Source of the DNA: Gammaproteobacteria bacterium
GTDB lineage: Bacteria > Pseudomonadota > Gammaproteobacteria > Ga0077536
DNA: 64,000 nucleotides
Direction of reading: 5' to 3'
Assembly (NCBI GenBank): GCA_963662545.2
Contig: CAXXLL010000002.1
Span: 192,001-256,000, forward strand
Shown one piece after another: positions 53,846 through 63,670 of the stretch. Within the stretch, counting starts at the first letter, position 1. The number at the start of each line of letters is the position of its first letter. A program made the position numbers and the translations under genes. The notes below the pieces were generated by a model. The model worked only from the letters and a program-made list of their open reading frames with translations, searched no databases and was not told the origin of the DNA.

Positions 53846-54904
53846 GTGAAACTCGAAACACTTTTGCCTCTCGGCAAGCTCGATCCCGGGTTACGGGAGC
53901 CCGGGACGCCGTTCGATATTGCGCGCCTTGCCGAGGACGCGCGCCGGGTGGAAGCGCTCGGTTACGACGCCGTCATGTTCGAGGAAACCAAGCACGATCC
54001 CTATGTGCTCATGGCGTTGGCCGCCCAGGCGACGACTCGTCTCGGCATCGGTAGCGCAGTTGCAATCGCGTTTCCCCGCAGCCCCGCCGTCACCGCGATG
54101 AGCGCCTAGACGCTGCAGAAGCTTTCCCACGGTCGTTTCGTTCTAGGGCTTGGTACGCAAGTCAAGGCCCACATCGAACGCCGCTACGGGGTCAAATGGT
54201 CCGCCCCTGGACCCTGGATGCGGGAATACGTGCAGGCCGTGCACGCTATCTGGCACGCCTGGCAGAATGGTGAACAGCCCGCGTTTCACGGCGAGCATTA
54301 TGAAATCAGCCTGAACGTACCGCTGTTCGATCCGGGACCTATCGCGCACCCGAAGATCCCGGTCCACCTTGCGGCCGTCAACGCTTACATGTGTCGGGTT
54401 GCGGGTGAAATTGCCGATGGGCTGCGCCCGCATCCGGTGTGTACCGCGGATTACATTCGAGACGTGATGCTGCCGGCCGCGCGGACGGGAGCGGCGCGGG
54501 CGGGCCGTACGCTGGACGACTTCGCGATCAGCATCAAGCCCTTGATCGCGACTGCGCCCGACGAGGACTCGCTCGAGATCAGGATCCGCGACGTACGTGC
54601 GCGCATCGCGTTCTACGCCTCGACTCCGGCCTACCGCGCGGCGTTTGCGCTGCATGGTCTCGGCGAGCTTGCCGATGAACTCAAACATTTATCCCGCGCA
54701 CAGCGCTGGGAGGAGATGCCGCCCTTCATTTCCGACGAGGTATTACACCGGTACGCGTGTGTCGGCACCTACGATGCGATTGCCGGCAAGCTCGCGGACC
54801 GTTACGGGGGGCTGGCGACCAACGTCGAATTCAGTATTCCGGTCGCGACCGATGAAGATGAAGAAATACTCCGAGGGATCCTGAAGGACTTGAAACGGGT
54901 GTGA
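53846..54904 (+). pseudogene. Probable F420-dependent LLM oxidoreductase interrupted by an in-frame TAG (54107-54109)
   Basis: Frame reads AFPRSP..TAMSA*TLQKLSHGRFVLGLGTQVKAHIERRYG and continues in frame into ORF 54218-54904 (FYASTPAYR). Confidence 0.88.
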
Positions 54905-55077
54905 ACGGCTGATCTAACGTGTAAAAACTCAAACTCGATTTGACAGATTAAAAGCGGAGTTCAAACTTGCTCGGTCAGTTCCGACACGTGAATTGATGTC
55001 CGCTAATGAAGGCATTCCGGCCAAACTTCGAGGTGACGATTTCCGTCGCAACCGGCCAATAGCGGACAGGAGGGTGG

Positions 55078-55740
55078 CTAGTCGGCCGCGAAGCAATACA
55101 GGAAGCCTTCTCCGCCGGTGTTCACCAGGTTCTGCTGACTGCAGCCGCGCGATGGATGAGTGGAGTTCCACGAGGTGTTGCCGCCCCCGTGCCGATCGTG
55201 GTGGCCTACCTGCGCGCTACCTTTGCCGTCTTCCGAACTCGTCCAGTTACTGCAGGTATGGTCGCCTTTCTCCCACGGAAAGTAGGCCGTGCCGTCGTCC
55301 TTGGAACCTGTCAGGATGTCGTGTTTGTTTGGCTTGTCACCGCGCCCGTTGACCAAATTGCCGTTTTCATCCAGCGCTGTGCGTTTGACGATGTTGGGGC
55401 CCAGGTGCAGTTGGTCGAGGTCGCTGGCGATCAATTCGCCGCGCGCGTTATACCAGGGGCCTTTGCCGATCCGGTCGCGCGCGGATTTAGCGTATGCTTT
55501 GCCGTCGGGTGATTGTGTGCTCAGGTAGGCGCGCCACTCCCGTGCTTTGGAACCGGCGGCTTCGGCCAACTTGGCGCAGTGTGCATCGGCCCCTTTGAGC
55601 CCGCCGAGGTCAGCGCCTTTACCGATACTAACGCTGGTCACGAAAAAGCCCATCGAGTGATCGGCTGCGGTCGTAGTACCCGTCACCATCAGTAGTCCGG
55701 CGACAATCACTATTGTTGTGGCGGTTTCTGCGATTTTCAT
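55078..55740 (-). CDS. Secreted lectin-like (C-type lectin/endostatin-like fold) protein
   Basis: Signal peptide; FFVTS, GGLKGADAHC, WRAYLS, ARDRIGKGPW, CSNWTS and LYCFA motifs; strong GGAGG RBS. Confidence 0.75.
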   Translation of the reverse strand: MKIAETATTIVIVAGLLMVTGTTTAADHSMGFFVTSVSIGKGADLGGLKGADAHCAKLAEAAGSKAREWRAYLSTQSPDGKAYAKSARDRIGKGPWYNARGELIASDLDQLHLGPNIVKRTALDENGNLVNGRGDKPNKHDILTGSKDDGTAYFPWEKGDHTCSNWTSSEDGKGSAQVGHHDRHGGGNTSWNSTHPSRGCSQQNLVNTGGEGFLYCFAAD

Positions 55741-56023
55741 TTTGGTTTCCTCCTGAAATACGGCGCTTATTGGACACTGCAGTTTAGCGTCAACGGGGAC
55801 AGATTTGTTTGAGTGAACTACGTGACTAAACAATTCCGCCACCTTGAGCCCGAAACTTCCGCTTCGGGTCGTGAGCTGCCGGATCGCGGCAGTGCAGCAC
55901 GGCTCTAGATTGCGTCTGCATTGCGCTCAAGAGCGGTCGTCCAACAGCGTTCGGCAACGTGACCATAACGAGCGGCGGCTAGCGGCCAGGAGCAACGGTC
56001 GTCCGGCACATCGCAACATTGTC

Positions 56024-57317
56024 TTAATCCGGAATGATCGCCATCAAGTCGATCGCGACCTTACAATCCGGGACCAACATCGGTTTCGGCACGCGCACCG
56101 TCGTGCTCGCCGGTGGGTCGCTCGGGAATTCCTCGGCCCAGGTGACGAACGACGTGAAGAACTCCGTAAAATCGTTATACAGACCGCGCCGGCGCACCCC
56201 GTGTGGTGCCTGCAGCCTTGCAGATCGCATCGATGTTTTTCACGATATACAGCACCTGCTTCTCCGCCGCGGAGCTGAAGGAGGGAAAGTTCGGATCGAC
56301 GCGCGCCTCAGCTGGCAAGCCGGTTTTATAATCGGTCGCCATTTGCTGCGAGAAAAAGAGAAACGGGCCGGCTAGCACGGCCTGGGGCTCATGCACCGAC
56401 GGCGTCGGTGCTTTATCGGTGTGAATCGTTCGCTTGGCCGGACCGTCTTCTGGTACATAGGCGACCAGGTCGACGGCGATGTCGATCCCCGGGACGCCCA
56501 GGCTGTTCACCGGGATGGTGCATCGCGCGGGTGGATCAGTCGGGAAGTGCTTTTTCCACACCTGCTCGAAGCGGTAGAAATCATTCGGGTTGGTTAAATA
56601 CACGTTGGCCTTGACGACGTCCGCCATCGAGGCCCCGCCCTCTTCGAGAATGATCTTGAGCTTGTCGATGATGTACTCGGTCTGCAGCCGGGCACTCTCG
56701 CCGTAATAGATGAAATTCGGATCGAGCCAGGCTTCGGGGGCCACGCCCTGGTCGAAATCGGTCGCCGTTATGCCGGCGGTAAAAATATAGGGACCGGCCT
56801 TGGTCCCGTAGTTGAACAGGGGCCGGTCATCGAGCCCGGTGGGTACCGGACGCGGGAGTGACGACGGGTTGAGGACCTCGATCTTCTCCCCTTTTTCGGG
56901 CACGAACCCGATCGCGTCCACTTCGAGCGTGCAGCCGGGTACGGGCAACTCTTCGACACACACAGTTGTATGCGGCGCCACGCCCGCTTGACCGAATGCT
57001 TGCTGCATCACCTTCGACGCATCGTGCACCTCGCCGACATCCGTTTGATACAGGATCATTTGCAGGCAATTCTCCAGCGATGAGCCGCCCGCCTCCAAGG
57101 TGGTTTTCAGATTCTTTGCAATGAAGTCGGTTTGTCGTTCGATGTTCGATCCGTGATGCGGAAACCGGTCGTTAGTTTTTGCCGCGGGCGGAATACCTTT
57201 CTCGAAGTCGGAGGCGACCTGCCCGGAGATGAGAACCAGGGGACCGGCTTTGACTAAAGGTGAATATTGGACGCGCGGTCGTGGCAGAGTATCGGGGAAA
57301 ATTGCTTCTTTTTTCAT
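56024..57317 (-). pseudogene. Triple-domain RidA/YjgF-family protein, frameshifted near 56197
   Basis: Three repeats of (K/L)AGP.......A.D.. ending in ..(V/I)D....P. The third repeat is completed by ORF 56024-56230 in another frame. Confidence 0.8.
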
Positions 57318-57410
57318 GTGTTCTTACTCCCAAGGGCAGCCACATCGTTTGCGTTTTTACACTGGACAGTCAATAGGCCGATGAATGCGCGATCGCGATA
57401 CACGAAATTT

Positions 57411-58529
57411 TCACTTGGAAATCGCGGGTTCAGTCAGCGCCGCGTTCACCGCGGGCATGACCTCCGTCGCCATCAATTCCATCGAGCGCTGCGCCAGGTC
57501 GGGATCCATCCAGTCGTGCCCCGCATAGACCAGCGTGCCGAAATCGCCGACTGTTTCGCGAAAGGCCAGGAGCTGGTCGACGACGCTGCCGGCGGTACCG
57601 GCGATGACCAGCGAGTCCATCACGTATTCATGGGTGACCGCTTCGTCCGGCATGTCGGGATCCTTTTTAAAGAGCTCGGGCCGACCGTTGCCAATGAGTT
57701 TGCGCATGAGGTTTTTGTAATAAAACCCGTAGGGTCCGTCCGCGCTCTTGCCGTAAGCCCGGGCCGTTTTTTCGTCGTCCGCCACGAAGATGCTTTTCGC
57801 GACGCGCCAATTGCTCGCCCGTGGCCGACGACCGCCCAGCGCACAGCCTTCGACGTACTTCGGCCAATGCGTGGCGACCCATTGTGGCTGTAGAAAATTC
57901 GCGGAAATGATGCTCCAGCCGCGTTCGCCGGCCCGCGTTACGCTGCTGGAATAAGGTGACATCGAGGTCACGACAATAGGTGGGTGCGGCTTTTGATAGG
58001 GTTTGAGCATGATGCCCTGTCCGATCTCACGGTCGAGCGTGCGCGCGGTGGTGATCTCCCAAAACTGGCCCTTGATGTCGTAAGGTGCGTCACTGCGCCA
58101 GATCTCGAGAACCTGGTCGATGGCCTCGACGAACATCGCCGTTCGGTCGGCCTCGAGGTTCCCGAACACCTCGGCATCGGAGCGCAAACCGCCGGGGCTG
58201 ATGCCGAACAGGAAGCGGCCTTCCAACATCGTGTCGAGCATGGCGACCTGAGCCGCCACCTGTGCCGGGTGGTTGTTCGGCATGTTGACCGTGCCGCTGC
58301 CGAGTTTTATTTTTTTTGTCTCGTGCGCGAGACTGGCGCAGAACATCAATGACGACGTGACCGTTTCGGCAATGTCGGTGACGTGTTCACCGATAAAGGC
58401 CTCTGCATAACCCAAATCGTCGGCCAGCAGGATGGCTTCGCGATCTTCAGTGAGCGTTTCGACATAGTTCCGCCCGGGTGGATGAAGCGGCATCATGAAG
58501 ATACTGAGTTGGACGGCCGTCTTTGGCAT
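57411..58529 (-). CDS. LLM-class flavin-dependent oxidoreductase
   Basis: FMMPLHP, AFIGEH, IKLGSGTVN, GRFLFGISPG and PYQKPHPPI motifs. Confidence 0.9.
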   Translation of the reverse strand: MPKTAVQLSIFMMPLHPPGRNYVETLTEDREAILLADDLGYAEAFIGEHVTDIAETVTSSLMFCASLAHETKKIKLGSGTVNMPNNHPAQVAAQVAMLDTMLEGRFLFGISPGGLRSDAEVFGNLEADRTAMFVEAIDQVLEIWRSDAPYDIKGQFWEITTARTLDREIGQGIMLKPYQKPHPPIVVTSMSPYSSSVTRAGERGWSIISANFLQPQWVATHWPKYVEGCALGGRRPRASNWRVAKSIFVADDEKTARAYGKSADGPYGFYYKNLMRKLIGNGRPELFKKDPDMPDEAVTHEYVMDSLVIAGTAGSVVDQLLAFRETVGDFGTLVYAGHDWMDPDLAQRSMELMATEVMPAVNAALTEPAISK

Positions 58530-58587
58530 CGATAGCAGTTCCGTTAGCACGCAGCTGCGCCGGAGGCGAACGATTCTAGGGGAGGTC

Positions 58588-59331
58588 TTGATCCGCGACA
58601 AGCAATGGTGGCGCGTAGATAAACGCGCGTACGACGTCTTCGACAACCTGGGTCTTTCCGTGTTAGAGGGCGCGCCCGCGCTTGCGACCTGCCCGGACAA
58701 CGCGTGTTCCCTGTGGGGGGAGCACTATGTGAATCACTCCTCCTGGGGTGTGGCGTTTCACGATCGGTTTCTGAACGGCCCGGCGCTGCGCTCGAACCTG
58801 CTGTACACGCACCTCGTTTTTCATTCAATCGTCTTCGTGCTGCTGCATATACAGCTCATGCGGCCCGGTTCGGCGAACGACCGGGGCTGGCACAGCCTGC
58901 TCGGCCGTATCTCGTTCGTTTGTCTCACCATTGCGACTGCCTGCGCCGTGTGGTTGGCTTCCGAGCACGGGCCGGTCACTGCCTACGGCGGCGAATTGTC
59001 GAAATACGGGTTCTGGTTTATGTCGCTTTGCGTTTACTCGTGCGCCGTGATGGGCGTCGTGGCGATACGCAATGGCAATGCAGTTGTTCACCGCATCTGG
59101 ATGATTCGCTTCGCCGGATCGATGTGGGGCTCGTTTTGGATATTCCGATTTATGCTGTTGGTGACAGGTCCGCTGCTGCGCAATTGGGAGTCGGCTTCTT
59201 TGTTGATCAGCATCTGGTTCTCGGCGCCACTCGGTATTTTGATCGCTGAGGCATTACGCAAGAAGTGGGACCGGCGTGCTGATGGCGCCGAGGCGCCAGC
59301 TATGTCGAGCGCCGTTGGCCTGGAAGGCTGA
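58588..59331 (+). CDS. DUF2306-like multi-pass membrane protein, possibly N-truncated
   Basis: About 5 TM segments with conserved-looking His (THL, WHSLLGR, HRIWMIR). Start uncertain. Confidence 0.6.
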   Translation: MIRDKQWWRVDKRAYDVFDNLGLSVLEGAPALATCPDNACSLWGEHYVNHSSWGVAFHDRFLNGPALRSNLLYTHLVFHSIVFVLLHIQLMRPGSANDRGWHSLLGRISFVCLTIATACAVWLASEHGPVTAYGGELSKYGFWFMSLCVYSCAVMGVVAIRNGNAVVHRIWMIRFAGSMWGSFWIFRFMLLVTGPLLRNWESASLLISIWFSAPLGILIAEALRKKWDRRADGAEAPAMSSAVGLEG

Positions 59332-59634
59332 ATGAGGGGGCAAATATACGCGGAAGCAGCGCACTCCAGCCTCAAAGAATTCCTCCCGCTGAGCAGAGGG
59401 GAGTCGAGCTGCTGCCGATCGCCGCAACGGGTCGACTCCGGACTCCTGCAGTGCAGCATGGCGTGGCTGCTCACCGCGGTATAGCGGACCCTCATCTCGT
59501 AAAGCCTGATAGCACAGTGCTGTGTATATGCGACGGCACTCGCCAGGGCAGGTCGTATCCAGGATGCCAATCTGTAAGAACGAGTCCAGGTTTTTACATC
59601 TAACGTGGTTTTACCGCCGGCATCCGTCGCGGGC

Positions 59635-60099
59635 TCAGGACGGCTCCGTGTCGCGAATAACGGAGCCACCGACCCCGTAAGTGCGCCCACGAAAATGACA
59701 GACCGCCTCGCCTTCTCCGTTGACGATGCTGACGTTGTACATACCCATTCGTTTCGTGCGATTGCCCTCGATCGCCTCGGCGGTCAAGGTTTCGCCGACT
59801 TTTGCCGGACGTAAATAATCGATGTTCGCGTGCAATGCGAGGTGCTGTTGATTGTGTGAATTACTGGCGAAGGCCATCGCCGAATCGGCCAGGGAGAAGA
59901 GCAGCCCGCCGTGACACATGGTATGGCCCTGGATCATCCAGGCTTCGACCGTCATCGACATGCGCGCGTATCCCGGCCGGATTTCGTCGAGCGTGATCCC
60001 CAGTTCGCGCGACGCGCGGTCGCGTGCGTACATGGAATCGCCGGCGGCCTGCGCCAGTGCACCCGGGTCTAGATCGTCTGCATCGATTGATTCACTCAT
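59635..60099 (-). CDS. paaI: PaaI-family hot-dog acyl-CoA thioesterase
   Basis: DRASRELGI, CHGGLLFSLADSAMAFASNS and HFRGRTY motifs. Confidence 0.85.
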   Translation of the reverse strand: MSESIDADDLDPGALAQAAGDSMYARDRASRELGITLDEIRPGYARMSMTVEAWMIQGHTMCHGGLLFSLADSAMAFASNSHNQQHLALHANIDYLRPAKVGETLTAEAIEGNRTKRMGMYNVSIVNGEGEAVCHFRGRTYGVGGSVIRDTEPS

Positions 60100-60109
60100 C
60101 GAGTAAGGT

Positions 60110-60829
60110 TCAGTCCCGTCCGGCCTCCAGGATCTTGCGTGCCAGGAGCGCCGGATCGGTAAAGCACAGTTCGTGACTGCCGGGCGTCTGTACCAGCCGG
60201 AAGAGCCCGAGCTTTTGTGACAGCCGCGGATGCCAGGGCTCGTGATGCGGCAGCGCCGTATCCTCGGTGCAGTTAAGGTAGGATTTCGGGATCGTGAATT
60301 CCGATGGATTGCTGGACAGCTTGATCGGATCGGAAAACGTTTTGCGCGGGTGCGGGTTCAACTGGTCGTAGGCGCTCTGCGCGAGCTCGCAAGATGCATC
60401 GTTGATGAAGGCCTCCCGCCAGATGGGAAACGGCAGCGAGAATGAGCCGTCGTCCTGAACCAGTTCGTTGAAGAGGTCGATGTAAATGGGCGGGATCATG
60501 TCGTCCAGTGCTTCGCCGTCGTTGGGTACGAAAGCATTCCAGTAGACAAGGCGGCGGATCTTATCGGCGATGCGGTCGGCCGCGCCCGTGATGACCATGC
60601 CGCCGTAGCTGTGGCCGGCGAGGATGATGTCGTCCAGTTTGCGCTCCGCGATGAATGCGACCAGCGAATCGATCGCCTCGGCCAGGCCAACCTGCTTGGA
60701 ATCGCCCGGCCGGTTGCCGGCCAAGGTGGGCAGGTGCACCTCGTGACCGGCTTCGCGCATCGGCGCCGCGGTGGCTTCGAGCAATTCCCCGGTATGCCAG
60801 GCGCCGTGCACGAACACATAGCAACTCAT
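60110..60829 (-). CDS. Alpha/beta hydrolase (esterase)
   Basis: FVHGAWH, nucleophile GHSYGG and PGSHE motifs. Confidence 0.9.
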   Translation of the reverse strand: MSCYVFVHGAWHTGELLEATAAPMREAGHEVHLPTLAGNRPGDSKQVGLAEAIDSLVAFIAERKLDDIILAGHSYGGMVITGAADRIADKIRRLVYWNAFVPNDGEALDDMIPPIYIDLFNELVQDDGSFSLPFPIWREAFINDASCELAQSAYDQLNPHPRKTFSDPIKLSSNPSEFTIPKSYLNCTEDTALPHHEPWHPRLSQKLGLFRLVQTPGSHELCFTDPALLARKILEAGRD

Positions 60830-61155
60830 TTGGTTTCTATTAGAATCTCGCGGTAGCGCGTGGGTCCGGCGTTGCGCGCACTGTGGGTTGCTGGCACGCG
60901 GTGTCCCTTGTCATCCACCGATATCAACTCGTCACCGTCACACCGGAGCGCGAATACGGCGCCCGTCTGGGCATCGAACGGGCTGAGTGCCTGATCATCC
61001 GCGTCGAAGACCTCGAGCGGGGCACCGTCGAGCACGTAGAAGACATAGTCGTGTTTGTGGGTGTGAACCGGCGTCGTCTCGCCGGGTTCCAGCGTGAATT
61101 CCCAGACGATGATCTTGTCGTTTTCGAATACCTTGGTCGTGCCTACGTCGCTCAT
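60826..61155 (-). CDS. Cupin-domain protein
   Basis: FENDKIIVWEFTLEPGE..HTHKHDY...HSARN motifs. Confidence 0.85.
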   Translation of the reverse strand: MSDVGTTKVFENDKIIVWEFTLEPGETTPVHTHKHDYVFYVLDGAPLEVFDADDQALSPFDAQTGAVFALRCDGDELISVDDKGHRVPATHSARNAGPTRYREILIETK

Positions 61156-61261
61156 AGCTCTTCTCCTCGTCGTTGGTGATTGATAGTAGGTTTAAGAGTA
61201 ACCAAACTTGCCGGTACCCGCCATGAATGTTCCCAATGAACGGCGGTGTCGTATATCACTA

Positions 61262-62728
61262 TCAAGGCCCGCCGATGCACTCCTGACCTTGGCCCGAGTG
61301 CCGTTTCGAGATTTCTATCGGCGCCGCCATGATTGCCCGGCGAATGTCGGCGAGCTTTGCATCGTCTCGCATATGAATACGTCCGGAGTTCATACGTATA
61401 CCCAGGTCCTGCAAGCTTGCGGCATAGTCGGGAAACCGACGGCTCGTGCGGTGCCGGTCGTAGAGGCGTTCGAAAAGCGGGAACGGGCTCAGTTCGTCCA
61501 GTTTCCGAAAGAAAGTCCGGCCGTCCCAGCGGCGCTTTGACGGCAGGCAGCATGCCTGTAGACGATCGAGCACCGCATCGAGAGATTCTTCGTTGCCAGA
61601 TTTCGCGCGCAGTTCGACATCGGCGAGCAGGAACACGGCGGCACCGCCCCAGTAAGTCTTCATGATGCCGTCCCAACTGCCGACGGGCATGGCGTCCTCG
61701 AGGCTCAGATGCGGGACCGATTTTTCTCCGCGCTGAAATCCTTCGACGATCTTGCGCCAGGCTTTTTCTTGCGAGTAGGCGCCCGCGCGCGCCATGAGCA
61801 GGTTCTGGTAGTAACTCGCGAGTCCCTCGGAAATCCATTTCTCGTCGCTGGTAATGTAGGGGATCAGCAAATGGCTGAACTCGTGGGTCGCGGTCCAGTC
61901 GGCAATGAATTCGTCGTGTGGCCGCCGTTGATTGACGAAGAACTGCACGGCTTCGCCGCCATCGCGTATGACGTGTCCGAAAGGACAGGCTTCGCGCGCA
62001 TCGTCGCTGCTTTTCGCGACGGGAACGACGATGACCTGGGCGGTCGGATTCGGAAAACGTCCATAAGCCAGGGCTACGTTGCTCGCTGCCGACTGGATCC
62101 AGTTCATCAACTCGTCGGGCGCGCCGCCATAGCGACCGCGTAACACGGCCGTGCGCAGTCTCGCCCCCGGTACCTCTATGCCACAGTTATCGAAACGGCC
62201 AAAGACGGTCACTGCGTCGTCGCTTTGTGGAGACAAGGGGATCGAGTAGAGCGGACGTGCCGGATCACTGCCGTCGACCAAGGTCCAGGGCACGGATACT
62301 TTAAGGCCGCCGGCGAGTTCGAAACGCACTTCGGTTGCGAATCCGCCCTGACCGGCCGGACGCCACAACCACACTGCGGACGTGGTCGCGACATTGTTGT
62401 CGTCAAGTTGGGCATACCGCTCAATGAGCTGCGCGGCGGCGCGGAGGTCGACACGGTACTCGACGCATCCCTTCGCATCTGCAAGTGATAGCTGGCCACT
62501 CTCTAGCGGGATGCGGTGACCCGAGTCGATCGAATGCGCCTCGAGGAGGTAGCGTTCCGCGTCCGCGGAGCGCGCAGCGAGCGCGTGTGGGGAGCCGGCC
62601 GCGCAAACCTTTACCGTCAGGCCCTCGAGCGCGTCGTCGACTTTCACCGTATAGCGGTGTACCTCCGCCGCGGGGATTGCCGGCACGCCGATGACCGCCA
62701 GGACCAGCACTAAGAGTCGTGTCTTCAA
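61262..62728 (-). CDS. Exported M61/M1-like gluzincin metallopeptidase
   Basis: Signal peptide from TTG 62728; HEFSH plus WISEGLASYY and YWGGA motifs. Confidence 0.8.
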   Translation of the reverse strand: MKTRLLVLVLAVIGVPAIPAAEVHRYTVKVDDALEGLTVKVCAAGSPHALAARSADAERYLLEAHSIDSGHRIPLESGQLSLADAKGCVEYRVDLRAAAQLIERYAQLDDNNVATTSAVWLWRPAGQGGFATEVRFELAGGLKVSVPWTLVDGSDPARPLYSIPLSPQSDDAVTVFGRFDNCGIEVPGARLRTAVLRGRYGGAPDELMNWIQSAASNVALAYGRFPNPTAQVIVVPVAKSSDDAREACPFGHVIRDGGEAVQFFVNQRRPHDEFIADWTATHEFSHLLIPYITSDEKWISEGLASYYQNLLMARAGAYSQEKAWRKIVEGFQRGEKSVPHLSLEDAMPVGSWDGIMKTYWGGAAVFLLADVELRAKSGNEESLDAVLDRLQACCLPSKRRWDGRTFFRKLDELSPFPLFERLYDRHRTSRRFPDYAASLQDLGIRMNSGRIHMRDDAKLADIRRAIMAAPIEISKRHSGQGQECIGGP

Positions 62729-63087
62729 AGTTCGCCCTGCGGACGCCACGCGAGGTCCTGTCCGCGCTCGATGCCGCGATCCGCGACCGCGCCGGCGGCG
62801 AGCTCGAGCGTCATGGCGGCACCGAACGCCATCGAAAAGCGCCACGGCACGAGCTTGCTGACGACCTTGATCACCCGCAGTTCGCGGCTCAGATAGACCA
62901 GGTCGATGGGGTAGCGCATCATGAAGGTATGCACGCCACTACAGGGGTCCAGCAACAGGCCTTCACCCACGCCCAAGGGTGAGCGCCCGAGCAGACCGCG
63001 CAGCCGCTCCCACGGCGTGGTGGTGCGGTAGACGGTCGCCACCAAGGGTTCTGCCGTGTCGGCATGGACGAGGCTTCCTATGTCCAA
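62725..63087 (-). CDS. DUF192-family protein
   Basis: RLRGLLGR, GLLLDPCSGVHTFMMRYPIDLVYL and LELAAG motifs. Start uncertain (ORF extends to 63177). Confidence 0.85.
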   Translation of the reverse strand: MDIGSLVHADTAEPLVATVYRTTTPWERLRGLLGRSPLGVGEGLLLDPCSGVHTFMMRYPIDLVYLSRELRVIKVVSKLVPWRFSMAFGAAMTLELAAGAVADRGIERGQDLAWRPQGEL

Positions 63088-63322
63088 GCGGCGTCGTTCT
63101 CCGTCCCCGCGGGACTTTGGCCATGATCCCGCCATCGGTCCCCTGGGCGCCAAAAGCTCGAAATGGCGCACATCCATAATCGTAAGTTTTCGTTTCGCAT
63201 TGAATATTCGTGATAAATTACAAGATTCCCGATTGGCGTAAGGGTTCTCATCGTATATCTTTGTGGTTATCTAACAGAAGTTGTTTCCGGCGGATCAACC
63301 GTGGCGGGAGCAGAGGAGATCA

Positions 63323-63583
63323 ATGATGAAGCAGAAGATGAAACAACTCGGTCAGGGCATGACGGAGTACATCATAATTGTCGCGTTGATAGCGATCGCC
63401 GCGATCGCGATTTATGGCCTTTTCGGCGACACCATCCGCGGGCAAATGGGTATCATGACCGAGGAGCTGGCGGGTGGTGCCGGAGACCGTGGAGCCGTTG
63501 ACGACGCTGAGGGTGCCGTTTCGGACGCGGAAGGCGTGGGAACCCTCGGCAACTATGAGACTACCGGATCAGGGAGCAACTAA
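63323..63583 (+). CDS. flp: Flp-type (Tad) pilin
   Basis: Short leader, GQGMTEYIIIVALIAIAAI (prepilin G|xxxxEY motif), GAGGAG RBS. Confidence 0.85.
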   Translation: MMKQKMKQLGQGMTEYIIIVALIAIAAIAIYGLFGDTIRGQMGIMTEELAGGAGDRGAVDDAEGAVSDAEGVGTLGNYETTGSGSN

Positions 63584-63670
63584 GCGTAACGAAAGGTGCT
63601 GCGACAAGTGCAGCGCCATGAAAGTCCCACCTTGAACCGGTCCGGCGCCCTCAGGCGCCGCGCCAAACCT

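Larger units (their letters stand above)
54998..59489 (+). repeat. Degenerate 24-25 bp palindromic repeat family, 7 intergenic copies
   Basis: Approximate consensus GTCCGCW-N10/11-(AG/TC)CGGHC at 54998, 55044, 55857, 55914, 55974, 59420 and 59465. Confidence 0.55.
54920..59598. mobile_element. Putative non-autonomous transposon / mobile cassette, 4679 bp
   Basis: 30-bp imperfect terminal inverted repeats (23/30 identical, TGTAAAAAC...GTTTTTACA) flanked by the direct repeat TCTAACG (54913-54919, 59599-59605). No transposase inside. Confidence 0.78.

Noticed and set aside
54107-54109. Pyrrolysine or stop-codon recoding
   Set aside because: The position corresponds to a family Trp, TAG is used as a normal stop elsewhere in the window, and no pyl genes are seen.
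54912-54918. Integron attC core (ATCTAAC = RYYYAAC), also at 59598
   Set aside because: No matching GTTRRRY with attC stem structure and no integrase. Better explained as the target-site duplication.
55857-55997. CRISPR array (24-25 nt repeats with 33-35 nt spacers)
   Set aside because: Only three highly degenerate units, no cas genes or leader, and the same motif occurs dispersed elsewhere. Reported as a repeat family instead.
58305-58318. T-rich run as a terminator or slippage site
   Set aside because: It encodes KKIKL in an intact LLM reading frame.
63233-63250. sigma54 promoter for flp
   Set aside because: TGGCGT is present but the -12 GC is missing.
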